Assembly (NCBI GenBank): GCA_964234715.1
Contig: OZ174288.1
Direction: 5' to 3' (one strand)
Length of the DNA: 64,000 bases
Origin: Podarcis melisellensis
Taxonomy: Eukaryota
Each line of letters opens with the position of its first letter. The first letter of the stretch is position 1. Of the stretch, positions 21,561 to 33,500 are shown piece after piece. The notes below the pieces were generated by a model. It worked only from the letters and a program-made list of their open reading frames with translations. It was not told the origin of the DNA and did not search any database. The position numbers were made by a program, and so were the translations under genes.

Positions 21561-24500
21561 GTAACTGAAGACAAATTTGCTCTGTCATCTATGGGAGAGC
21601 CCGGGAACTGTCATCATTTTCGTCTATTACTGTAGTCCTTTCTTCTTAAACTGCTGCAGTGCACAGTAGTACAGGACTGACCAAAGCAGAATTTAGCGGT
21701 CCCATCGCTTCTCGTGATCCAGACACTATGTTTCTGTTGTAGCCTAGAATTGTATTAGCCTTTTTAGTAGCGGCATCACATTGCTGACTCATTTTAGCTC
21801 ATGGTGTGCTAAGAAACCTGGCTCTACTGTCAAGCCAGGTGCTTTCCATCCTGCACTTGTGTAACTTGATTTTCCTACCTAAATGCATAATGTTGCATTT
21901 ATCTGTGTTGAAATTAAATTTGTTACTTTGGTCCAGTTCTTCATCATGCTAGACTCACCTTGAATTTTGTTGGTTTGGTGTTATCTACTGATTTGATGAA
22001 CATTTTCTCTACTTTTTGTGCCCAAGTCTTTTATACAAAGTTGTTGAGCCACTAGCTACACATCTGCCTAACAGTAGCAGTGTCTTTCATGTGGGGGTGG
22101 GGAACCTTCATAGGCAGCATTCTGGGAACTGTTTGCCAAAGGTGGGCAGGACTAGAAGCAAAATGAGCAACAGATGTGACTCTTCTTAGTACAATAGACT
22201 ACAGCCCTGCCACAATCAAGCCAATGATTTCCCCCCACACCCTTCTCCATCCACTGACACAATTCAAGGGCACATTTCAGCCAGGCAAAAGCCCTATAGG
22301 AGGAACTGGATCCAGAGCTCTTGAGGGTTTTGGCTTGGGGAAAGTCTAAAGAGTTTGGGTAAGGAGTTCTGGAAGTCTCTATTCTGTCCGAGAGTCCCCA
22401 AGCTTAGTCTATCACACATTTTAGCAGCTTGTCAACAAAAATATTGTGGAGGAGCTTGTTGGAAGCCTTTCTGAAAATAAGCTAAACTACATCTTGTACC
22501 ATCCCCCTGTTCTATCAAGTTAGCTGTAAAAACGGGGAGGTAGATGAAGTTCGTCTGGTATGACTTTTTCTTAAGAAAACTGACTTGTTGTATTTTTATC
22601 TGGCACAATGCTGCTGCTGCTGCTTGAACTGGTGGGAATGATGAATGATAAAGCTAGGAGTAAACAAATACAAAGCATATACTGTAATCATTCCTGCAAA
22701 GGGCATAAGGAATGAGACAGTAAGTGCACTCCCAATAAGTGGAACCTTTAATGCCCTCTCTCCTCAGGAACTCCAGCCTGGCAGGGGGGAAAGGCATGCA
22801 ACCGCACTGACCGTGTATCCAGGTAAGTGAGGAAGGTTCCCCTTCTCTGCAGCCTGGAGGGTGTGGCCGGTGCTTGCCCAGCTGCTGCCAGCAAAATGTC
22901 CCATATTGGCCCTCCCCCAAGAATGCAAATCAGTGTCATGGGATTGACACTGCAGTGCTATTCAAGGACCTCCTAGTTGCAGCTCTGATTTTCAGCAACT
23001 TATGGGAAACCCACATCTTTCTTGCTGCACATAAGGGGAGCAGATGGAAGCAAGCTGGCAAGCTTGGAAAGAGGCAGGTAGTGGCTGCTGCGGCTGCTGC
23101 TGCTGTGGTGTGTAGTTGGTGCTGCAGTGCAGCTTTCTTTCCTGCTAGTTCCTGGACTTTCTCTCTGCAGTGAGTGTGAAGCAGGAGCAGCATGAAAGTG
23201 CCTCCTTAGTGAGCAGGAAAGTGCCTCCTTAGTGAGCAGGAAGTAGGTGAGGGCTCTTTTCTTACCTGGCATTCTCCAGGAATGGAGTAAAGGCAGCCCT
23301 CTTGTCTCTTCTTAGGGTGATATTTGTAGCACCTTGTCAATGTGAATGGGTCATTTCAAGGGAATGAAAGAGGAATTGCCACTGTGGTTGACTCCTCCTT
23401 TGGACACATGGAGATCACCTCCTTTTCTATTATTTTCCTCCCCTGTGGTTGGCTGAATCCTTTTAAAGCAGTCTTACACTGCAGGGTTTTTGGAGAGGGG
23501 CTGTCTTTGTAAGTCTGGAAGGGCATTGCTTTATTCTTATTTAATTTCAAAAATGCATATCTCTTGTTTTTAAATTTAAATAATTTCTAAAGCAATGCAC
23601 AATGCTGGTAAAACAGAGCACAATGTACTGTAAATGGAATAGCACATTATTATTAATTTTTAACTCAAAAGATCAGTGGAAATAAAATAAGTTGAACAGC
23701 ATAACAAGGAAGATAAAACAGGCTGTACACAATTCAGCAAATAAAATTAAAATGTTGCTCATGAAAAGCTCCTACAAATGAAACAGTCTTTATCTGGCAC
23801 TGAAAACTTAGCAAACGTGTGGAGCAGCTGTATATGGAGGGCATTGCAGTGATGGGACATAATCTCTCCAGCTACCACCTGCCTTGCTTCTATAGGCAGA
23901 GGAAGGTTTGCATAGGAGTGGGTGGTCTTCCAGACACCAAGGTTCTAAGGCATAAATGATTTTAAAGGTTAAGACTAGCAGTTTACCTGGGGAAATAGGA
24001 AATTTGGAGCTATTTTTGAACATAATGGTGTGTTCCTCATTACTAGTACCAAGCAGTAACCTAAACTGCAGCATTTTACATTTCTGCATTGTCTTCAAAT
24101 ATAATCTAAAGATAGATGGGCAATAGTGGCAAGGGGTCACAGCTAGTGAACCTGACTAGTCTGATGATGCAGATGCCCCAGGATATCCAAACTATTAGAA
24201 GGATTTAACAGCACTCCAAAATTCTGTGCTTGATCCTTAAGGGGTGTATAATCCCATTCAGAACAGGCCAAAACTGCTTCCTAGTCACATTTTATTTGTT
24301 TATTAATTTATTGCATTTATAACTCTCCATTTCCTCCATGGAATTTGAGGTGGTGTACATCATACCCCAGGGACGCAGGTGGAATTGTGGGTAAAACCTC
24401 AGTGCCTAGGACTTGCCAATCGTATGGTCGGCAGTTCAAATCCCTGCAGCGGGGTGAGCTCCTGTCGTTCAGTCCCAGCTCCTGCCCACCTAGCAGTTCG

Positions 24501-27500
24501 AAAGCACCTGTAAGTGGAAGTAGATAAATAGGTACCGAAGGTAAACGGCTTCGTCACACTGGCCACGTGACCCAGAAGTGTCTTCGGACAGCACTGGCTC
24601 CCGGCCTCTTAAGCGAGATGAGCACGCAACCCCAGAGTCGGTCACGACTGGCCCGTACGGGCAGGGGTACCTTTACCTTTACCTTTTACATCATACCCCT
24701 CCTTCATTTAATTCCCACAACAGCCTTGTGAGACAGGTTAAGTTGAGAAGCAGTGATGACCCCTGGTTACCCAGTGATCATCATGGCCATTGGGGATTTG
24801 AACCCTGGTCTCCCAGGTCCTACTCTGACACTCTTAACTTCTATACCATTCTGGTTTAGATGAAATTCCTCTCCACAGCAGTTTTGCCTTGCCTGGACTC
24901 ACATAGTATATAAGCCCCCATCCGATCCATTACTGACCTCTGACACCTATTCAGAACTATTTGCTCCTCTTGTTCACCTGAAACCAGAACTCTTCCTGCT
25001 GGGACTAATGGCTGTACAACTAGAAAAAGTATATGGAATACAATATATGATCACAGCAGTGAGATTTTAATAAGCACAACAAAGACAGAACTTACTATTA
25101 CCTACTATGAAAGAATGGTTATTGAAATTAATGGATTTGGCTGAGATTGCAAAGTTGACATGTTAGAGAAAAGTCATTGTTGACATTTTGAAGACTGAAA
25201 AAAGTTGGTTTATGTAAAGTAGAAGAGTTGGATGTTATTATGGAGTAAGTTTTTGCACAAGCTTTTAAAACTAATAGATGGAGAATTGGAAGTATTTTCT
25301 TTTTTCCTTCTTTTTCTGTAACTTATTTATTTTAGCTTTTATGTTTAAAAATGCTGGAAATTTAATGTTGAATTCTTTATATTGTTTATTCCTTGTTTGT
25401 TTTTCAAGCTTTAATAAAAATAGCTTTTTTTAAAAAAAAATTAGCTCCTCTCCTAAATTCAAGGAAGACTTGAAGGTCCTTGAGGGATGTTTTCCTGATT
25501 CCCACTATTTCACTTCATTCATTCCAGCAGCACCATGATAAACTGAATGTTAGGGAACATAATGAGGAAATCTGTTTTGTATGGAGTGTAGATGACAATG
25601 TATGCAACTGAAATTAGTGCATATTGTTTGGTCTTAAATTGTTCTGTCATTTTCAAATTGAACATGCTTGTTTCTTTTGTGTATGTCTTGTACATTTTAA
25701 ATAACCTTAAAAACTACAATCCACTAGAGAGCCTGACTTGGGTGGTCCCAGTTTCATTCTTTATTATCCCAGTTCATTTAGTCTTTATTGAAATTGGAAT
25801 ATTCTGTGTACAATTTTGACCAGAACCTGAGGCTGGATAGCCCAGTGTAGAAGAGATGCATTTCATTCAGGGTGCCCCATTACACTGAAAGGTGTTCTTC
25901 CCCCCCTTCCTCCCCCCCCCCCCGGTCTATTCAAACAAATTAAGCCCAATAGTGTTAGAAAAAATAAATACTTTAGCTCTAGGTCAGTCCCCTGGTACTC
26001 CAGGGAGCTCGTGGTCATAAATCTTCAGTAGTCCACTGTAATTTACTTACAAATAACTTCAAATTGGGTTCTGAATACTGTAAAAATATGGGCTGCTCCC
26101 TTGGCTGCATCTGGTAGCACTTGCTTGGATGAGTTTCAGTTGTTGCAGCCAGAGGGTGCAGACAGATGCATGGAGAGACAAAGTTTCCCACTTCTGTGCT
26201 CTGTTGGAAGCTGCTGCCAAATAAACCTTCCTTGGACCATCACCATGAGCTAAATATAAATCAGCAATCCAATGCAGTAACTAAAAAAGCCAATACAGTT
26301 CTAGACTGCATTAACTAATGTATAAAATGTCCACACCACAAAACTAATGATGGCACCCTATTCTGCTTTGGTCAGACCTCATCTAGACCTACCTGTGTCC
26401 AGCTGTGGTGGGCACAGCAGCTGAAGGAGTGCCCAACTGGAATGTGTCCAGAAATGGGCAACAAAGATGGTGAGGCCCCTGGGAACCACATCCTATGAGG
26501 AAAAGATGAAGGAGGTGGGTATGCTTAGCCAGGAGAAGATATGATTAAGAGGTGAGATGAGACAAAACCATGTTCATATACTTAAAGAGTGTCACATAGA
26601 TAATGGAGCAATTTATTTCTCCAGAGAATAGGACCTGAACTAATAGGTTAAAATTATAGGAAACAGGATTTCTACTAACCGTTAGAAAGAGCTTTCAGTG
26701 GTGAAAGAGACTGCCTTGGAATGGCCGAAGTATTGGGAGATTTTGGAACAAGAGGGAGACAGACTAAAATTGCAGAGTTTTGAAAAATTAAAAAATAGAG
26801 TGCGAGACTGGCTCCATTACTATCAAATAATGGAGGCATATAATTTGGACAAAAAAATTGGTTTCCAGGTGGAAAAATCCAAATTGGAAACAGAACTGTT
26901 AGACTCTAAAGTTAAGAATTTGTCAAGAATGTATAACTTGCTGTTGAAATGGAATACTCAAGAAGAAATGGTGAAATCAGCTATGATTAAATGGGCACAA
27001 GATGTTGGACATAATATTATGTTGGCTGACTGGGAACAGTTATGGACCACTGGTATGAAATTTACGGCATGTAATGCCTTAAAGAGAATTTAATGAAAAT
27101 GATCTCTAGGTGGTACATAACACCAGTCAAGCTTGCAAAAAATTACCATTTGCCTGATAATAAATGCTGGAAATGTAAGGAGACAGAAGGTTCTTTCACC
27201 TTTGGTGGACATGCCCAAAGATCAAGGCATTCTGGGAGATGATCTATAATGAAATGAAAAAGGTATTTAAATATACCTTTCTGAAGAAACCAGAGGCTTT
27301 TCTCCTGGGCATGGTCGGCCAATTGGTGCCAAAGAAGGATAGAACTTTCTTTATGTATGCCACAACAGCAGCAAGAATACTTATTGCAAAGTATTGGAAG
27401 ACGCAAGATCTACCCACCAGGGAAGAATGGCAGATGAAACTGATGGACTACATGGAAATGGCGGAAATGACTGGCTGAATCTGAGACCAGGGAGAAGAGT

Positions 27501-30500
27501 CGATGGAAGAAGATTGGAAAAAATTTAAAGTATATTTTAAAAAGTATTGTAAAATTAATGAATGTTAGAAAGATGCTGGAATGGACCTACGTGGTCTTAG
27601 CAGAAAGGTTATAAAGAATTAAGTTAAAATGGATTGTTAATGGGTTAAAGTGTATAATTTAAGGTTAAATTGCGTTAAGATAAATTATGGAATAAAATTT
27701 GAGAAAGAGGGAAAGGACTTGCTGAAACAATTATGAATTAAGAATACAAAAAAGGAGGTGTGAGGAAGTCATGGAAATAAGTAAATGAAAGATAAAGATA
27801 TGAAAATACTGGATGTTATTGTTTTTAAATGTTATTGCTTAGCTGTATTGTTTTTGGGTTTTCTCTTTTTTCTCTTTTTTCTTTTTTTCTCTTTTTTAGC
27901 ATTGTATTTTCCTGTATTTTTGAAGTATTGTAATCTTTTCTATTATTATTACTGTTTGTTTTTCTTTCTTTGTAATTGTCAAACTTCAATAAATATTTTA
28001 AAAAAATAATAAAAAAGAGACTGCCTTGGAAGGCTCTCCTTGATTTTTTAGTGCAAGTTGTATGGTCACCCATCATAAATGCTTTAGCAGTAGACTAACA
28101 AGTGGGGCTGAGCTGAGGTACCTTCCAGTTCTTTGTGTGTCCAGCCTTACTCATTGATACAGGTGCTTGAATTGGTGGTAAGGACCTGGCTCCAAATATT
28201 TCTAAATGGTGCTGATGTTATGGACTTCTTTCATCTCACTTCTGGCCTACTTTTAGGACTAAAACTGCTTTAGCAAGGCAACATCGATGAAGCTGATCAG
28301 CATTGATGAAGCTGATCAGTATTGATGAAGCTGGTCAGTGCAATGTACATGACTGCAGTGTAGTATAAATCTGTGCTAAATGAAATAGGACATACACAAG
28401 CCCATTCTTCAGCTTTCCATAGTGCCATTTGGCTGAGGCAAACAGTCCCTATGAAGGAATATTCTCTGGACAGTGTGGAAGAAACTCACCTCATGGACCT
28501 GAAGGTGACTCCCACAGCACGATGGGGAAGCCACATGGATTACCTGGAGAGGCTAAACTTCTGTTTGGAAGGACAGACTGAGCACCCTGCTGGGATAGGA
28601 AGGTGATTAGCCCTCATAGATTACATGGATTAAAGAGCAAACTCTGAGGCTATCAGGATGCTCAGGGGCTTTGGGAAAGTGATTAGGCAGTAGAAGCTTG
28701 GACTAGAGTTGGACTCTCATCCAAGGAGCAAAGCATCCAATGCACAGAAAAGGACTCTTGTTCCTACTGGGTGGTCAAACCCACTTCCTCACCCAAGGTA
28801 CAAGTCAGGCCTGTGTTCCTCAGAATCATAGTGTAGACCTTTGGTCTCTTCCAGGAGAGCACATGAACTCATTCCTCTCTCCCTTTCTCTCAACAGGTCT
28901 TCGCTCATGGGACATTGACCTCTCTTCCTGTGACCTTAATCAGCAACTGAGACTGTTTGTTACACGTCATCTTGCACATTTTTCATCAGAGGTCAAAGGT
29001 CAGTGCCCACCTTGTTTATCTTAATTTTTGAGATTTGCATTTGTGCCCAGAGCTACTGTCAGCCTTGAGGGAGGCTTCTGGGGTGATGTGCTGTCTCCTG
29101 GTGGCTTCAGAAATAGGAGCAGAGCTCTGTTTGCTGCCAGCCTTACTCTTTCCTAGAGTGCACTGGGATGCTAGTGGCATCTGACCCAGCTCCAAGGGAG
29201 AGTCTATGGGGCACAATTGGGTCCTCCAAGTTGGGGGAGGGAATCCAAGTTGGGGGCTAGGAAGCAGCCTCAGGCTTCAGTCGCAGCACCATGGACAGCT
29301 CCAAACTGGCAGCTTGGAGAGGCTGCACTCCACTGACATTTTATGTTTGTATAGGGCTGGGGTCCTCAAACTTTTTAAACGGGGGGCCAGTTCACTGTCC
29401 CTCAGACACTGTTGGGGGCTGGACTATAGTTTGAAAAAACACACGAACGAATTCCTATGCACACTGCAAGTATTTTATTTGTAGTGCACAAAAAACAGGA
29501 AAAAACAATACAATATTTCAAATGAAGAACAATTTTAATCAACATAAACAAGCCAGGCCCAAGCTGGGGGTGAGGTGGGGTAGAGGGATCCCCTCTCGAA
29601 GTTCCTGCATTTGCATATAATATTTTGGGGTTAGGCCACCAAAGGCTACGAAAATGTGCTGTTACACACAAACTCCCATTTCAATACACACACCTTTGAA
29701 GGGGAAAGGGCGAGATATTCCTGTGGGAGCAAGAGGGAGGGAAAGAGATGCCTGCTATCCCACCCCAAGGCTATGGCAGTCGAGAGCTGACAGTGGAGAC
29801 CACGCAGCTTGTCAGCATGGGGCCTGAGCAGCATTGGGGAAGGGGGGTGTTTGCTCCACACAACCTCCCACCCAACAGCACCCCCTAAACATCCGGCTCA
29901 CCCCCTCCCCTTTCCTGACCGTTAGGAGGGAAGTGGTTGTAGAAGGGGGGAGAACCCTCCTCACCTTTCCTCCCCCACCCCCCCAAAATAAAACACCTGC
30001 CCATCAAGTGAGGGGGGGGATGAGGAGGTGAGCCCCCCTGCTTCTCCTCACAGGAAGGAGGCTCCACTGCCACTGCATGGTCCGGCCCCACTGCACCCCC
30101 ACCACTGTTCGCAGGAGGAGGGCAGCCCAGCTGAGGAGGAGTGGGAGGGCTGAGGCAGGCAGCAGGTGCCTCATAAACACTCTCCTTGCCTCCCCTCCGC
30201 TGCTTCCTCTTCTCTTTTGGGTTCTGCAATGGCCGGACAAGTTGGATTTAGGACCCTGGCGGGCCGGATCTGACCCATGGACCGTAGTTTGAGGACCCCT
30301 GGTCTTGGGCCAGATCTCCCCACTCCTTCAGTCTCTCCCCCAGATCCCCAAGAGTGGAGACTCCCTGAAGCCAGTCCTTTGGCCTGGATCGCACCTATCA
30401 CCCCTGTTACCTTGAGAGTGGCTGGGTTAACCGAATCCAAATGAGTGGCATATAAATAAATAATAATTATTATTATTATTATCATCATCCTCTCCCGCTT

Positions 30501-33500
30501 TCTGTATCGCCCGTGCTTGAGAGTGGGGTAGGGGTGGGGTGTCAAGGGTTCCTTGTGGTAATCAGGCTCCGGAAGTGCCATCTTTGTGGAGTTGTCTGTG
30601 ACAGGGCGGTCAGATACAGACTAAGGCTCATTGTTGGGAATTGAAGTTTAGCCCCTTTTCTGTTTGTATTCCTGCTATGCCTGGTGCAGCAGGCTTCTCC
30701 ACTTCCGCTTCAAGATTCCTGGTAACGGCTTGGGTTCAGGGTCATGGTAGGCATCCTGAGGAGACGGAAGCAGGGTGTTGGCAGCTTCTTCTGAGCCAAC
30801 ATCTCCTACAACCAGTGCTTAGTTCTGGCACCTCTCAGGTGGGCCCATTGCCATTATAAGAGAACAAGGGGAGGTGTTCCTGGTGAGTTCCGGCACCTCT
30901 TTTTCTAGAAAAATAGCACTGCCTACAACTATTCTTTTTTTCTTTTTCTTTTTTTAAATAAAGCTGAAGCTGCTGCCCTGGTCAGTGCTCTCCCCGCCCC
31001 AAGATGCAGCCTGAAATTCGGCATTCTTCAGGATGGTGCCAAAAGGCCCTTGGCCTTGTAGGAATAAAGAGAGAAGGGTGGAAAGATCAATTTAGCTATC
31101 ATCAGCATAATGCCATAGAGGTAGCCTAGAAGAGACAAAAGGGAGGAGGCTGAGAACAGAGAACTATCAGGTCTCCAAACAGAAGGAGAAACCTGAGAAG
31201 AGGTAGCCATGGAAAAGAGACTTCAAAACCACAGGAGTTAATTCATGGAAGGATGTTACTACATCTCAAAGAGCAAACTGAACTAAGAAAGAAAGAGATG
31301 TCAACAAAGAGTGTTGCACTTCCAAGAGTGTGCACTGCCACAACACTCTTTGTTGATGTCTCATTTATTTTTCTAAGCTCTGGTGACTGACATCCACTTC
31401 TTTACATGCAACCATGGTCAGTGCTGACGAAAGAATTGGGGAAGCAGCTTGTTTAAAGCAAGGCGGGACAACCCTGAAGAATGCAAGAAGTCAGAGATGC
31501 AGGAAAAGATGTAAACAGGCCTGTCTCCTGGTGCTTTCCCTTCATGGAAGGATAGCAAGAGAGTCAGGAGATTGTGTGCAGCTCATTACCCATGGTATCC
31601 TGGCCTTTGGTTCATGGCTAGATCTACACAGAGCTCAATCTTGCTTCTAACAGGTTCTGGGCTGCAAGATCCCTGGAGATTTCATCTCATGTGTCATCAC
31701 CTCTTTAACATTTCAAAGTCTCCATGCAAGTCAATGGAACAGGAGGCTTCTGTAGGATGAGTTTTATGGGTAGGAGAGGATATATTAACTGCAATTTATC
31801 CATTCTGGCTCCCACGTGTGTAGGTTGAACAGAGTTTTAAAATCCCATCCTTGGCAGCAAAAATTTAAAGCATAAGAATTAGGCTGTAGAATCATAGAAT
31901 TGTAGAGTTGGAAGGAATCCCAAGGGTCATCCATGACAGATGGTCATCCAACCTCTGCTTAAAAAGCTCCATAGAAGGAGGGTCTACTTTAATGCCTACT
32001 TTTAAATTCCACAGTAAAGCCTACTTTTGAGCAAGTTCAGCTATGAAATAACCTGGTTTTCTGTTTCTTACCCCACTTAACAAAGAATCAAGAAACAACT
32101 TGTAAAGTAAGTTTAAAACAAGATTTACGGTACTTACTTTATAACCTTCCACTGGTTCACAGTAAAGGCAGCAGTAAAAACTATGCAGGTAAAACATGTA
32201 TTCATATCTACAGTATAACCAGCCTCAGCCATGTGCCCAAAGCTTTGTATGTATCCAACGCTTGTCAAAGAAAGAAAGGGAGGGGGGAAGAAGCAGGAAA
32301 TGCTACATGCGCCTTCTACAGCAGAGGAGGGGGAAATGTCTACCAGTTGTATTTCTATGGTCTGAGCATCTGCCTGTCAACAATACAGCTCTGTGGTGTT
32401 AGCCCCTTCTCATGCTAACTAGCAAGAATATGTATTTCTAAGGTTTGGCTGCTAATGTCCCACATCTTCTACACGCAGCCGAGTGCTTGGCTAGGCCACG
32501 ATGGAGAGCTGAGTGTATCACAGATTTGCTGCAACCTGACAAATATGAGAATCCAAATCTGTCTCAGCCCTGCTGGTGACCTGAAATATTAAGAGCATTG
32601 AAGGTCTGCCATACACTACTCTGTCCTGCCACAGTCTTCCAGTCAGCAATAGGGGTATAACAGTGAGCTGTTCCTTGTTTTAATGCTTCCCAGCTCAATC
32701 TGCAATGCAAGCATAAAATGATGGATATCATGGCAAAAGTGTAAGCTGCACTCTCAGCTTCCACCCAACCTGCAACAGGGGCCTAACAGCTGTGGACAAG
32801 TATTAGACCCCTATTTTTGGAAACCGTAGGATTCAGTGTGAGCTGCGCTGCCACTCCCTGCTAGCCACAACCCCCCCCCAAGGGGTTAATGAACAGTATT
32901 TGCTTTGGAGTTTGTATTAGCAGGGATAATTTAAAAATGTTTCACACTAAATAAGAAATGAATTTGCAATAAAGGAAAGAGTTTCTGCTCTAACATTTTT
33001 TTGGAGGGTGGATGGACACACTGCTGCCCAAATCTATCTATATTAAAATATTGGACTTCTCCATAAATTTCTATAGGTCACTCTTACTTTCATCCCTCGA
33101 GCAATTTAGCCTATCAACACAATGGTCATCTCTTTCCTTTCTGTATCTGGGTGTCTCTCTTTCGCTGGAAAAAGTGGAGTGAAATGGATCAAGAGAGACT
33201 GGAGGAGGAGACAGCAGCACAGAGGCCAAGCTGCCCACCTCCTACTCTCCTTATGCCTTATTTGCCAACTGACCACAGATTCCGTGACCACAGGTTCCAT
33301 GGATATGAAGCAATCTGAAATCTGAATTTAATCTATGGAAATCTGAATTTAAGACTGGAAAACTGATAAACTGAAATAATGATACCCACCCATCCCTAGT
33401 GGATGGTGCTGTTTTGCCTTCATGCAGATCTGTACTCACCCCTGATCTTTGCAAAGAGAGGGAAGGAGGATGACACACCAATACAATGTTTATTGGGGAG

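Noticed and set aside
28282-28338. CRISPR-like or C/D snoRNA-like repeat
   Set aside because: Direct tandem units without spacers in a vertebrate intron; no proper C box or terminal stem
32020-32470. Possible second solo LTR
   Set aside because: LTR-like composition but no convincing TG..CA ends with a TSD
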